This document shows, piece by piece, positions 22,601 to 35,507 of a stretch of DNA of 64,000 nt; positions within the stretch are counted from its first letter, which is position 1, and every line of letters begins with the position of its first letter. The DNA lies in assembly GCA_030390025.1 (NCBI GenBank), contig CM059431.1:139316001-139380000 (forward strand), given 5' to 3'. The translations under genes and the position numbers were made by a program. The DNA comes from Squalus acanthias (taxonomy: Eukaryota). The notes beneath the pieces are model-generated. The model saw nothing but the letters and a program-made list of their open reading frames with translations, searched no databases and was not told where the DNA came from.

Positions 22601-22870
22601 GGCATAACTATAAGGTGCATGGGGGGAGATATAGAAGGGATGTCCGAGGTAGATTCTTTACTCAGAGAGTGGTTGGGGTGTGGAATGGACTGCCTGCTGT
22701 GATAGTGGAGTCGGACACTTTAGGAACTTTCAAGCGGTTATTGGATAAGCACATGGAGCACACCAGAGTGATAGGGAGTGTGATAGCTTGATCTTGGTCT
22801 CGGACAATGCTCGGCACAACATCGAGGGCCGAAGGGCCTGTACTGTGCTGTACTGTTCTATGTTCTATGT
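19666..22870 (+). mobile_element. CR1 LINE, 5'-truncated within ORF1, with uninterrupted ORF2
   Basis: Esterase C-terminus (DGLHLN) up to 19894, ORF2, CTATGTTCTATGT tail. Candidate TSD AAGTGG at 19660-19665 and 22871-22876. Confidence 0.96.
19774..22791 (+). CDS. CR1 ORF2, APE endonuclease plus RT (1005-aa open frame; true start uncertain)
   Basis: YFNARS, ITETW, YRPP, GDFN, SDH endonuclease motifs; PQGSVL and FDDD (usually FADD) RT motifs; no stops. Confidence 0.9.
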   Translation: MEHILGKVGPVQTGRFAPEPEGHQYPGREICYGSSGGFKLICQGDGKKGCSPRASGECREVLRRVSRSQECTGRQEDGLKCVYFNARSIRNKVGELGAWIGTWDYDVVAITETWLEQGQEWLLEVPGYRCFSKSREVGKKGGGVALLIKDSLTAAERQFEGDLPSEVIWAEFRNRKGADTLLGVFYRPPNSNKDVEEEIAKQIMNRCGGHRVVVMGDFNFPNIDWNLYRSNSSDGIVFAQCVQEGFLTQYVDRPTRGGATLDLVLGNEPGQVFDLYVGEHFGDSDHNSVTFTIAMERDRAIRQGRVYNWGRGNYDAIRQELGSIRWEQKLSGKGTNEKWSFFMEQLLRVLDRYVPVRQGGNGRVREPWFTKEVECLVKRKKEAYVRMRKQGSVGSIEVYKVARNELKKELRRARRGHEKSLAGRIKKNPKAFYSYVRNKRMTRVRVGPVKDSSGNLCMESEEIGEVMNEYFSSVFTEERGHVLEDESVIKVDRLEVVDVLREDVLAILKNLRVDKSPGPDGIYPRILWEAREEIAEPLALIFVSSLSTGMVPEDWRVANVVPLFKKGNRNDPGNYRPVSLTSVVGKIMENVLRDRIYDHLERGNLIRDSQHGFVKGKSCLTNLIEFFEEVTKCVDEGRAVDVVYMDFSKAFDKVPHGRLMKKVRSCGIEGNLADWISNWLSHRRQRVVVDGTFSDWRPVTSGVPQGSVLSPLLFVIFINDLEEGTEGWISKFDDDTKIGGVVDEVEGSCRLQRDIDRMQSWAEKWQMEFNPDKCEVIHFGRANLNKDYRVNGRVLRNVEEQRDLGVHIHRSLKVATQVDRAVKKAYGVLAFINRGFEFKNREVMLQLYRTLVRPHLEYCVQFWSPHYRKHVEALERVQRRFTRMLPGLWGRSYEERLRELGLFSLERRRMRGDLIEVYKMMRGIDRVDVQRLFPRVEAAVTRGHNYKVHGGRYRRDVRGRFFTQRVVGVWNGLPAVIVESDTLGTFKRLLDKHMEHTRVIGSVIA

Positions 22871-23449
22871 AAGTGGAACTTTGAAGAGCGTCGGGTAAAG
22901 GGGGCACTTGATCACAATTAATAAATGAAGCTCGTTCACAAAGTACTGAAGCTATTGTTAGCGAAAGGTTTTCAATCAGGTTCTTGAACAATGAAGTGAG
23001 GTAGCATAGGTATTTTTAGCACACAGTATATGCAATAGTACTTAAACATACAATTAAAGGTACTAACCACAATCACAGCTGCTGATTGTTGGTTGGGGAT
23101 TCAAACGTGTTGTAGTTCTGAACTCAGTTTCTTGGACCATTGCGAATGCTCATTCCAAACTGACACATTTCCACTGCCTCTTCATATCAATCCTCACAAT
23201 TTTGCATTATCTAATCATATAGAAGTGAAAATACAACTCCATATAAGGAAAATTTAACGGACTCATCTTTTTATCATAAATGATAGTTTCATTTACTTAA
23301 AGAGCACGTTTTCCTTTGGGCTGACACGCAATTTACCTTAGTTCATTATATTACCAATAATGTCACTCTTGTTCCTTTAATTGCAATTCGACCAACTGCA
23401 TACTTTAATTATAACTCTGTCTTTATTTCTGCACCATTTGTACCAATTA

Positions 23450-23781
23450 ACTCGCCCAGGTTCCTTAGGCAGCACCTCCCAAACCCGTAAACGTTTCCAC
23501 CTAGAAGGACAAGGGCAGCAGGCCCAGGGGCACACCACCACTCAAGTTCCCCTCCAAGTCTCACACTATCATGACTTGGAAGTTTATCGCCGTTTTTTTC
23601 ATCACCGTTTGTTCAAAATCCTGGAACTCCCTCCCTAACAGCACTGTAGGAATACCTTCACCACAGGGACTGCAGCGGTTCAAGAGGGTGGATCACCAGC
23701 ACCTTCTCAAGGGCAATTAGGGACGGGCAATAAATGCTGGCCCTGCCAGCGCCGCCCACATCCCATGAACGAATAAAAAAA
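23450..23781 (+). mobile_element. 3' end of a second non-LTR retrotransposon family (CR1/L2 group)
   Basis: Ends GGGCAATAAATGCTGGCC...CCCACATCCCATGAACGAATAAAAAA; a related tail appears reversed near 31640 and 38240. Confidence 0.7.
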
Positions 23782-24119
23782 TGATGATGACAGTCCAGAT
23801 GTTTATCTTTAAATAATTAACAGATTTCCAACACTGTTATCAAATGATTAAAGTTCTCTGAAATGTATGAATCAGTTTACAATGACATGTCTTTAATTAC
23901 ATTTCTTCTTACTGCAACCTGAATCTCACCATTGCTGCAGGGTGAGCCCTCGCTCATCAGCTCAGTGCTACTTTAAATTGACTGCTTAACAGGCAAAGGC
24001 TAAAGGTTAACATTACTACAATATTAAGATAAACCAATACAGTATAATATTATCAGACTTCAGGAGCGTCTGATTCTCCCTTCCCGTACAGTGCCCTCTG
24101 TCGTAGCATTAGAGTATTT

Positions 24120-26588
24120 AAGGTCAGCATTAAACAATACGGTGGAGGAGGATTTCCTAGAGTGTTTAAGGGATGGTTTCCTAAACCAATATGTTGAGGA
24201 ACCAACTAGAGGGGAGGCCATCCTGGACTGGGTGTTGTGTAATGAGGAAGGACTAATCAGCAATCTTGTGGGGCGAGGCCCCTTGGGGAAGAGTGACCAT
24301 AGTATGGTGGAGTTCTACATTAGGATGGAGAAGGAAACAGTTAATTCAGAGACCATGGTCCAGAACTTAAATAAGGGCAACTTTGAGAGTATGAGGCGTG
24401 AATTGGCGAGGTTAGATTGGCAAGCGATATTTAAGGGGTTATCAGTGGAAGGGCAATGGCAGACATTTAGAGATCGCATGGATGAACTACAGCAATTGTA
24501 CATCCCTGTCTGGCGTAAAAATAAAAAAGGGAAGGTGGATCAACCATGGCTAACAAGGGAAATCAGGGATAGTATTAAAAGCAAGGAAGTGGCATACAAA
24601 TTGGCCAGAAGTAGCAGCAAACCCGGGGACTGGGAGAACTTTAAAACTCAGCAGAGGAGGACGAAGGGTTTGATTAGGGCAGGGAAAATAAAATATGAAA
24701 GGAAGCTTGAGGAGAACATTAAAACGGACTGCAAAAGCTTCTATAAATATTTAAAAAGAAAGAGGTTAGTAAAAACAAACGTAGGTCCCCTGCAGTCAGA
24801 ATCAGGGGAAGTAATAATGGGGAACAAAGAAATGGCAGATCAATTGAACAAGTACTTTGGTTCGGTGTTTACTGTGGAGGACACAAACAACCTTCCGGAA
24901 ATAAAAGAGATCAAAGGATCTGGTAAGAGGGAGGAGCTGAGGGAAATCCTTATCAGTCGGGAAAAGGTGTTGGGGAAATTGATGGGACTGAAGGCTGATA
25001 AATCCCAGGGACTGATGGTCTGCATCCCAGAGTACTTAAGGAGGTGGCCTTGGAAATAGTGGATGCATTGACGATCATTTTCCAACATTCCTTAGACTCT
25101 GGATCAGTTCCGAAGGAGTGGAGGGTGGCTAATGTAACCCCTCTTTTTAAAAAAGGAGGGAGGGAGAAAGCAGGGAATTATAGACTGGTCAGCCTGACAT
25201 CGGTGGTGGGTAAAATGATGGAATCAATTATGAAAGATGTCATAACAGACTATTTGGAAAGTGGCGACATGATAGGTCCAAGTCAGCATGGATTTGTGAA
25301 AGGGAAATCATGCTTGACAAATCTTCTGGAATTTTTTGTGGATGTTTGCAATAGGGTGGACGGGGGGGAACCAGTAAATGTGGTGTATTTGGACTTTCAG
25401 AAGGCCTTCGACAAGGTCCCACACAAGAGATTGGTGTGCAAAGTTAAAGCACATGGGATTGGGGGTAATGTGTTGACGTGGATTGACAACTGTTTGGCAC
25501 ACAGGAAACAAAGAGTAGGAGTAAATGGGTACTTTTCAGAATGGCAGGCAGTGACCAGCGGGGTACCGCAGGGTTCGGTGCTGGGGCCCCAGCTGTTTAC
25601 ATTATATATTAATGATTTGGACGAAGGGATTAATTGTAATATCTCCAAATTTGCGGATGACACTAAATTGGGAGGCAGTGTGAACAATGAGGAGGATGCT
25701 AGGAGGCTACAGAGTGACTTGGACAGGTTGGGTGAATGGGCAAATGTATGGCAGATGAAGTACAATGTGGATAAATGTGAGGTTATCCACTTTGGTGGTA
25801 AAAATAGTGAGGCAGACTATTACCTGAATGGTGGCAGATTAGGGAAAGGGGAGGTGCAACGAGACCTGGGCGTCATGGTACATCAGTCACTGAAGGTGGG
25901 AAGGCAAGTGCAGCTGGCAGTCAAGTAAGCAAATGGCATGATGGCCTTCATAGCAAGGGGATTTGAGTACAGGAGTAGGGAGGTGATGCTACAGTTGTAC
26001 AGGGCCTTGGTGAGTCCACACCTGGAGTATTGTGTGCAGTTTTGGTCTCCTAACTTGAGGAAGGACATTCTTGCTATTGAGGGAGTGCAACGAAGGTTCA
26101 CTAGATTGATTCCTGGGATGGCCAGACTGACATATCAAGAAAGACTGGATCAACTGAACTTGTATCCTCTGGAGTTCAGAAGAATGAGGGGTGATCTTAT
26201 AGAGACGTTTAAAATCCTGACTGGTTTAGACAAATTAGATGCGGGCAGAATGTTTCCAATGTTAGGGGAAACTAAAACCAGGGCTCACAGTCTAAGGATA
26301 AAGGGGAAGCCATTTAAGACTGAGATGAGGAGGAACTTCTTCACCCAGAGAGTGGTGAATCTGTGGAATTCTCTACCACAGAAGGTTGTTGAGGCCAGTT
26401 CGCTAAATATATTCAAAAGGGAGTTAGATATAATAGTCACAACTAGGGGGATCAAGGGGTATGGCGAGAAAGCAGGAATGGGGTACTGAGGTAGCATGTT
26501 CAGCCATGAACGCATTGAATGGCGGTGCAGGCTCGAAGGACCGAATGGTCTACTCCTGCACCTATTTTCTATGTTTCTATGTTTCTAT
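24120..26588 (+). mobile_element. 5'-truncated CR1 LINE with frameshift and stop
   Basis: ORFs 24091-25059, 25044-25928 and 25938-26489 form ORF2; (TTTCTATG)n tail. Confidence 0.95.
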
Positions 26589-27039
26589 CTCATCAGCAAC
26601 GTATATCTATCGCGGTGTATTCTTTTGTGCAGATCTCTACCGATGGGTTTTACACATTAAACTCTCCAGAGCCACATTAACCTTTTCAAGTAGGGTTGTT
26701 TTCAGCATGATTGACCGTGTCTTGGACCTGTTCGCCATGGAATCTTCATCATGAATATCGCAGGCTAGCTGCTTTTGCACAACACGTCACTTCTGCACAC
26801 ACAGCGATAATCCAAGATCATGCAGCGCAATACATCCGACACAAACCATTCCTGCCCTTTCTGTCAAACCGGGGGGGGGGAGGGCGGATTCTTTAGGTGT
26901 TAAGTTTTAAGATAACAACTACATTCTTCTCATTATTCAGTTTAAGCAAGAACACAACCATCTCCAACGGAAAGCTATCAATTAAACATCTTAACTAAAA
27001 TGCATGGACTTTCACGAGATTTGCATTGATTCCAGACTT

Positions 27040-27365
27040 ATATCTTTTGGCGAGTCGTGCAAAGGTGACTTACGTTAAGAAGGGACGTGATAGTATATGT
27101 AGAATGAGATAGTTTCCATTAGTTGAGGATCAAGAACTAACTGCCACAACTAAAAGGATAAATGGAAGAGATTTAGAACTGAGTGCAGGACAACCCTCTT
27201 TACACGGAGAGTTGTGAGGCTGTGGATTGGATATAACAATGAATAAAAATAGGTTGATGGGATGCTGAAATAAGGCGGGTAAAGTGAATGGAACTATTTT
27301 CTCGGGTGCAGTGTAAACGCGGACACGGACTGGTTGGGTATAATTATCTGTCCCCTGTTTTCAAT
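27040..27365 (+). mobile_element. Old CR1 3' fragment
   Basis: Decayed RT C-terminus (TTTACACGGAGAGTTGTGAGGCTGTGG) and 3' UTR. Confidence 0.6.
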
Positions 27366-27922
27366 TCTACAACATTGTGATGACCAGTTGAGATTTTCAG
27401 TAAATATCTGGGAACAAAGATGTCTAATGTCTCATTGACGAGTCAAGTTCCTAAAGTCTCCATCATTAGACACTGATCAGGAGACAGGGCCCCGTTCTAT
27501 TGGTCCAGGAGACAATGGGGGGCGGAGTCTGATGGGGAGACCAGCGCCTGCAACATTCACACCGAGATTACAGAATTACAGATAACCACAATTGTAACAC
27601 ATTGTTTCTACACTAAAGGAAACTTTAATTATTAATTAAAGTGGAGCGTCTCATTCCAGTGCCTGCGGTGTGAGGCAGATAACGCTGGGGCCCACATGTT
27701 CCACTCCGCAGCTGAAGCTCAGTCATGGCTGTTCTCTTTGAATCTTGAGCGGGAAATGCGCTGTTTTAGGAGAAATTCATTATGTTCACCGGAGAAAGCA
27801 GCAGACATCAGACACACGGCACAAATTGGGAGAAATGTTTTCTGATCCTTTTTATTTTCACAACAGCAAAGCATAGTAATTGGACTCCAGTTTGGACCGG
27901 GATCTTTGTTTTATGTTTTCAT

Positions 27923-29608
27923 TTATTTCCAAATAATTGTCCAAGGTGTTTTCATCGCCTGCTTCAGCTCTTCCCTGAATTTAGTTTGAGTAGCTGCATA
28001 AATACACGTGTTTGTATAGGAACTCAAATACATGAGCATATATCCGGTTTCAGTGGCAATATAGGCAGGGGCGGCATAATCGCCTCGGTAATCCGCGGTG
28101 TTTGTCAGTCTGGTAATTAAATTAGTAACGCTAGTTGTCAGCCACAACAGTATGAAACTGACCGATAGAGTGAACAGTAAAATGATGGATTTCCTTCGGT
28201 TTTTCATCTCTGGATCGCTCTGATTCTCACTGCTGTGACCCCGGAGTCCACCTGCGGGGCTCTACTGGCCACTATAATACGTCTGGCTGTCAAACAATTA
28301 AACAGTAATATCAAAGCAAAACTAAGCCAAGAAAAACAAATGCTACGTAACCAGGAAAACGCCACTCCTACAGGCGATGAAGAAAACTCCGCTCTGGGTC
28401 GGCAACCCCAGTGAACATTGTTAATTATTCGCTCAGGTTGAAATGCAAACCAAAACACGAGGCTCTGTCAACAGATCAGGACAGAGATCGTTGTTATAAC
28501 CGCGGCCGCAGTTCTCACTCTGCAATACTTGGTTTTAAACTTCTCACAACATATAGCTACAAATCTGCCAAATGTGAACGAGACTGTGAACCACGCCGAC
28601 AAATACAAGGTGACACATTGCAGGTATATAATTAACTTACAAACGGCAGTTAACGATAGGAAGGAATGTGGAAAGTGATAACGTAAAATGATCATGACCA
28701 GTAGATCTGCTGTTGCCATGGCCACCATGTAGAAAGAGATACATTTGGAAAGTCCGCAGCTTCCTCTGGAGAGAATCACGATTGTCAGTAGGTTCGCTGT
28801 GAGAAAGAGGGACAAGAGGTCAGTAACGGGGTCATTTACATAAATCTCACAGATTATTGTGGGGAAATGTTCGGATGTGTCCCTATTTAGTGTTATGCGC
28901 ATGGATTTTTTCATTAATATAGGCGATGGTGAAGACACTTTACTTAAAATAATGACATCACTGAACGTTCAATATCGAGGGACTGAAAATCCACCGTCCG
29001 TCCAGCAAACTTCAGTCAAGTATTAAATATAATTACACAGCAATTAATGGAAAGATATAATTCAAATAAAACATTCAAATGCGATTAAAGAAAACATTCA
29101 CATTATACTCAAACGCTGCCGAGAGGAGGGGAGCACCTTCCTGAGCGGAAATTATTTCCTAAAATACCTTTCAAAATCCCCTGTTGGGTGGAAGTTTCTG
29201 CAGTCCGAATTATTATCAACTTAATTTAGACAGGGAACAACGGCACAAATTATGTGATTAATATGGGCACTGAGCTACACATTCTTAATGAGCTATGTGT
29301 TGTTGGAGATGCCGGGGAAACAGCCTCGCCCTCCCTCAGTATAGGGAGGAACATTGAGCGCCTGGTGCCCGCGATCTAGCGACCAGAACAGCGCCTCAGC
29401 GCGACCGACTTGGATTGCCGTTTTTTCACCGACTGATCCCGGTGAATAAATGACACTGCAATGTGGACATTCTGGGAATCTGTTACATTAACACTGTGAT
29501 AGTCAACAGGCATTAGGCAACAGAATACATTGACTTACCGGGAATGCCAAATGCTGCGAGGATATGGTAGTAAATGTCCCGTAACTGCAGAATTATTGGC
29601 CGTACCAT
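27923..29608 (-). pseudogene. GPR139/GPR142-like class A GPCR pseudogene, two exons (29608-29539, 28796-27923)
   Basis: Exon 1 MVRPIILQLRDIYYHILAAFGIP followed by GTAAGT. Acceptor CTTTCTCACAG. Exon 2 ANLLTIVILSRGSCGLSKCISFYMVAMATADLLV...FTFGRFVAICC...NRRKSIILLF...NTCIYAATQTKFR. Stop at 28468 and frameshift near 28255. Confidence 0.88.
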
Positions 29609-30049
29609 TGTTTTGAAGATTTGTGCGAATTCAGCGCAGCTTTACAATTCCGACTGGAGTGTTTCTGAGATCCGTAAATGCTCCTTCTTTATAGAACAAT
29701 CGGTGCCCCGCTGAGATAATCAGATTGCACAATAATTGGCGTTAGTTCCAGTAACTTAACAAACAAGGGGCGATTTTCAACCTCAGTGCGCCCGGGCCTC
29801 CACTGGGGAAATTGAGCAGTTCAGTCCATGAAACTCCGTCCATTAAAATCAATGAACGGAAAGTAATCGCCGAGGCAATGGACTCTGCGCATGTCCAGTA
29901 AACCCTGAAGGATAAAGCAAACGTCCACCCGGACACTGCGGTGATTTCTTGGAGCCTCATCTTAATTTGGCGAAATCGTCACTCATCCATTGCATAATTA
30001 AAATGTGTTTTGTACTTTGGTGATGAATGATGTTGAATCGGCTCTTACT

Positions 30050-31630
30050 TTACTGGTGGTGACTCTACTCTAACATCACTGGTGCTGACTCTACTCCAGC
30101 ATTACTGGTGGTGACTCTATTCTAACATTACTGGTGCTGACTCTACTCCAGCATTACTGGTGGTGACTCTACTCTAACATTACTGGTGCTGACTCTACTC
30201 TAACATTACTGGTGGTGACACTACTCTAACATTACTGGTGCTGACTCTACTCCAGCATTACTGGTGGTGACTCTACTCTAACATTACTGGTGGTGACTCT
30301 ACTCTAACATTACTGGTGGTGATCCTACTCCAGCATTACTGGTGCTGACTCTACTCTAACATTACTGGTGGTGACTCTACTCTAACATTACTGGTCATGT
30401 CTCTACTCCAGCATTATGGTGGTGACTCTACTCTAACATTACTGGTGGTGACCCTATTCTAACATTACTGGTGGTGACCCTGCTCTAACATTACTGCTGG
30501 TGACCCTACTGCCCCATTACTGGTGGTGACTCTACTCTAATATTACTGGTGGTGACTCTACTCTAATATTACTGGTGGTGACTCTACTCTAATATTACTG
30601 GAGGTGACTCTACTCCAGCATTACTGGTGCTGACTCTACTCTAACATTACTGGTGCTGACTCTACTCCAGCATTACTGGTGGTGACCCTACTGCACCATT
30701 ACTGGTGGTGACTCTACTCTAATATTACTGGAGGTGACTCTACTCTAACATTACTGATGCTGACCCTACTCTAACATTACTGGTGATGACACTACTCGAA
30801 CATAACTGGTGGTGAGCCTACGCTAACATTACTGGTGGTGACTCGACTCTAACATTACTGGTGTTTACCCTGCTCTAACATTACTGGTGGTGACCCTGCT
30901 CTACCATTACTGGTGGTGACCCTAATCTAACATTACTGGTGGTGGCTCCACTCTAACTTTACTGGGGGTGATTCTACACTAACATTACTGGTGGTCACTC
31001 TACACTAAAATTACTGGTGGTGACCCTGCTCTACCATTAGTGGTGTGGACCCTACTCTAACATTACTGGTGGTGACCCTACTCTAACATTACTGGTGGTG
31101 ACCCTACTCTAACATTATTGGTGGTGACACTACTCTAACATTACTGGTGGTGACCCTACTCTAACATTACTGGTGGTGACCCTACTCTAACAATATTGGT
31201 GGTGACCCTAATCTAACATTACTGTTGGTGAACCTACACTAACATCACTGGTGGTGACCCTACTCTAACATTACCCGTGGTGACTATACTCTATCTGTAT
31301 TGTTGGTGACCCTACTCTAACATTACTGTTGGTGCCTGTACACTAACATGACTAGGGATGACACTACTCATACATTACTGGTGGTGACCCTACTTTAACT
31401 TCACTGTGGGAGGCCCTACTCTAACATTAATGGCTATGCCTCATTACTGCTTGTGAATCTACAATCATATTACTGGTGCTTACTTGGCTCTAATATTACT
31501 GTAGGTGACCCTAATCTAACATTGTTCGCGGTGATCCGATTCTAATATTGTTGGTAGTGGCTCTTCCCAAATGTTACTGCTGGTAACAATACTCTAAGCT
31601 ATTGGGTGGTGATTCCTCTCTACTTTTACT
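30050..31630. repeat. 26-bp minisatellite, same family as 4302-5353
   Basis: (CTACTCTAACATTACTGGTGGTGACY)n; homogeneous in the first part, degenerate toward 31630. Confidence 0.95.
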
Positions 31631-31639
31631 GCTGTTGAC

Positions 31640-32810
31640 TTTTTTTTTTATTTGTTCACGGGATGTTGGTGTCGCTGTCAAGGACTGTCTTTATTCCATA
31701 TTTGTACAAAGCTGTAATGAGATCTGGAGCCACGTGATCGTGGCGGATCCCAAACTGAGCATCGGATAGCAGGTTATTGATCAGCAAGGGACACTTGATA
31801 GCAATGGCGACGACACCTTCCATCACTTTGCTGATAATTGAGAGTAAGGTGATGAGGCGGTAATTGGGCCGAATTTGATTTCTCCTGCTTTTTGTGGACA
31901 GGACATTCCGGGGTTATTTTAAACTATATCGGTAGATGCCAGTGTTGTAGTTGTACTAAAACAACTTGTCTAGAAGTGCAGCTAGATCTGGATCACAAAT
32001 CTGCAGCACCACAGCCCGGAGGCTGTCGGGCCACAGACTTTGCTGTAACCAGCGCGCTCAGTCGTTTTTTGATGTCACGTGGAGTGAATCGAATTGGCTG
32101 AAACTGACATTGTGATGGTGGCGACCTCAGGAGCAGGCCGAGATGGATCATCCACTCGGAAATACTGGCTGGAGATGGCTGCGAATGCTTCAGCTTTTTC
32201 TTTTACACTCCCATGCTTGGCTCCTTCGTCATTAAGGATGGGGATACAAATGTAGCATCCTTTCCTTGTATTTGTTTAATTATTCACCGTCATTAAAGAT
32301 TGGATGTGGCAGGACTGCAGAACTTTATCTGATGCGTTAGGTGTGCGATCACTGAGCTCTGTCTACAGCAATGTGCTTCCGTTGTTTAGCATGCATGTTG
32401 TCCTGTGTTTCAGCTTCCCCAGGTTGGAAGCTCATTTTTAAGATACGCCTGGTGCTGCTCCTGGTATGTTCTTCTACACTCTTCATTGAACCAGGGTTGG
32501 ACCCCTGGCTTGATAGTAACAGCAGAGTGAGTGATATGCCGCACCATGAGTTTACAGATTCAGGTGGAATACAAATCTGCTGCTGCTAATGGCCCACGTG
32601 CCTCACGGAGCCCAGCTTTGAGCTGCTGGATCTTTTCTGAATCTATCCCATTTAGCACGGGATTCCATCTCCAGAAGGACTGTGCGCTGGTCACTGCTAC
32701 CATTGCTGGCATGGTCAAATGCATCTGCAACAAGTAGATGGTAAGGTTGAGGTCAAGTAGTTTTTTCCCTCATGATTGTTCTCTCACCACCTGCCAAAAG
32801 CTCAGTCCGG
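31640..32810 (-). mobile_element. Decayed non-LTR retrotransposon (second family), internally deleted
   Basis: Reverse-complement similarity to the tail at 23700-23781 and to 36860-37700. Confidence 0.7.
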
Positions 32811-33574
32811 CAGCCAACGTCCAAGGCTCCTCCATCACCATCCCTGGGTATCTGCTGTCCCACCAGCAGGACAAACCTGCAAGAGGTGCCAGCACAGTTG
32901 TATACAGTCGTGAAGGTGTTGTACTGGGAGTATTCTACATTGACATCGGACCTCATGCAGTCTCTTGCCATCAGGTCAATCATGGGCAAGGAATCCGCCT
33001 GCTGATTGCCACCTACTGGCCTCCGTCAGTGATGAATCAGTACTCTTTCGTGTTGAACACCACTTGGAAGAAGCACTGAGGGTAGCAATGTCATAGCGTG
33101 TTCTCTGGAAGGCGGACTTAAATGTCCAAAACCAAAACTATCTCAGTAGCACCACTACTGACCGAGTTGGCCGACTCCAGAAGTACATAGCTGACAGACG
33201 TAGGTTGGGGCAGTTTGTGAGAGAAATAACACGAGGGAAAACCTACTTGAACTCGTCCTCAACAATCTACCTGTCGCACAGGCATCTGTTCATGGCAGTA
33301 TATTTAGGAGTGACCACCGCACAGTTCTTGTCGCGACGAAGTGCCGTCAAAACACTGTGAACAACCTCCAATGTGTTGTGTGGCACTACCACCTTGCTAA
33401 ATGATTCAGAACAGATTTAGCAGCTCAAAACTTAGCTTCTACGAGGCACTGTGGGCCATCAGCAGCAACAAAATTGTATACCACCACAATCTGTAAAGTC
33501 ATGGTGCAAGATTATCATGGATTAATTTGATTTTTGAATATTGATTTAACATCTTACAATAATAAATATCTATA

Positions 33575-34600
33575 ATCATAGAATCATAGAATGGTTGCAG
33601 CACAGAAGGAGGCCATTCGGCCCATCGAGCCCGTCCTGGCTCTCTGCAAGCGCTCATCAGCTACTCCCTCTCGCCCGTCCTGTCATCGTAGCCCTGCAAT
33701 TGTTTTCCTTCAGGTACTTACCCAATTCCATTTGGAAAGCCTCGATTGAGTCTGCCTCCACCAGCATTCCATATCCTAACCACTCGCTGCATAAAAAAGT
33801 TATTTCTCATGTCGCTTTTGTTTCATTTGCCAATCACCTTAAATCTGTGTCTTCTGGTTCTCGACCCTTAAGCCCATGGGAACAGTTTCTCACTATCTAC
33901 TCTGTCTAGACACCTCATAATTTTGAATATATCTGTCAAATCTCCTTTCAACCATCTCTGCTGAAAGGAGAACGAACCCAGTGTTTCTAGTCTATCCACG
34001 TAACTGAAGTCCCTCGTCACTGGTTTATTCTCGGAATTATTTTCTGCAACATCTCTAAGGCCTTCACAGTCTTGCGGAAGTGCGGCGCCCAGAATTAGAC
34101 AAATATTCCAGTTTATGCCGAACCAGTGTTTTATAAAGTTTCATTATAACTTCCTTGCTATTGTACTCTATGCCTCTATTTATGAAGCCCAGGATTCCGT
34201 ATGTTTCTTTAACCGCTTTCTCAAACTGCCCTTCCAGCTTCAACTATTTGAGCACATATACCCTCAGGTCTCTCTATTCATGCACCCACTTTAGAATTGT
34301 ACCGTTTAGTTTATATTGCCTCTCCACGTTCTTCCTAACAAAATGTAACACTTCGCACTTTTCTGCGTTAACTTTCATCTGCCATGTGTCCATCCATTTC
34401 ACCAGCCTGTCTATGTCTTCTTGAAGTCTATCACTATCCTCCTCACTATTCACTATACTTGAAAGTTTTGTGTCAGCTGCAAATTTAGAAATTGTTCCCT
34501 GTATACACAAGTCCAAGTCATTAATATATATCAAGAAAAGCAGTGGTCCTAGTCTCGATCTCTGGGGAACAACGCTGTATAACTGCCTCCAGTCCAATCA
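33575..34600 (-). mobile_element. CR1 3' fragment
   Basis: ATCATAGAATCATAGAAT tail; RT fragment LGPLLFLIYINDL. Confidence 0.9.
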
Positions 34601-35142
34601 TCTGTCATGAGATTATAATCGTGTGTATGAATTAAATGTAGAAATTTGTTATCATCATATTTATGCAATGGTAACCTGAATTATATATGACATGTAATCA
34701 TTTTGCTTACACATAAAACTCTGTGAGTTAACTGCATCCATAAAGCCTGGGTGAGAAAAAGGATTGCTATCGCCGAATAGGGAGGCTGTAGGTGAAACGT
34801 GGACATTAGCCACAGTAAGGATGAGATATAGAGAGCAGCTAGCCGGGGAAGCAGGGTCAGGTGTAACTGCCCCTGTGTTGCAATGTTATGATGTCTGCAG
34901 TGAAACTAAAACATAAGCTTTTCACACAAACAGCAAGGACGCCATATCTCTGCATTCTGGAGACATATTCCGTTGTGTTGCCATAACTACCCCAAATATG
35001 AGTCTTGATGGTCAAAAACAGATGATGTAAGTGTGTCATAAGTGTAGAACCTGCGTTAGCCAAGTTGCTGCGGACGTGGAATCTCTGTGATTGGATTGGA
35101 GGGTTTGGGTGTAAGCCAGCGTTTGGTTCAGTAAGACTCCAT

Positions 35143-35328
35143 GGCCTAAAAATTCGTCTCAGACGGAGGGGAAAAACGGGCGGTATCGGATCGGCCGCCA
35201 GTTATACACAGCGCCTGATATTCAGTTCTATTGCAGTCAATGGATCTGAATTTCAGGCGCTGTGTCTAACGGGTGGCCGATTCGATATCGCCCGTTATTC
35301 GTCACCGCCCGAGACGAATTTCTAGCCC
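35143..35328. mobile_element. About 186-bp MITE with Harbinger-type TIRs
   Basis: GGCCTAAAAATTCGTCTC ... GAGACGAATTTCTAGCCC imperfect inverted termini; CpG-rich interior. Confidence 0.75.
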
Positions 35329-35507
35329 TTCGAAAGGATTTGAATGAGAGTAAGGGCATAACAAGGGGATCTTACCATCCACACATTGTAGAAAATTTCA
35401 GGAAGATTCAAGGAGACACGCGGGAGACAAAGAGAGAAGAGGGACCAGAGACACAGGATGCTGCTTAATCACTGTTGTGCTTCTACCCAAATGATAACGG
35501 GGTAGTA

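Noticed and set aside
27495..27535. CCAAT plus GC-box promoter
   Set aside because: Motifs are short and no associated gene start was found
28797..28938. N-terminus of ORF 28468-28938 as the GPCR start
   Set aside because: Intronic; a canonical acceptor at 28797 and a better exon 1 at 29608-29539 exist
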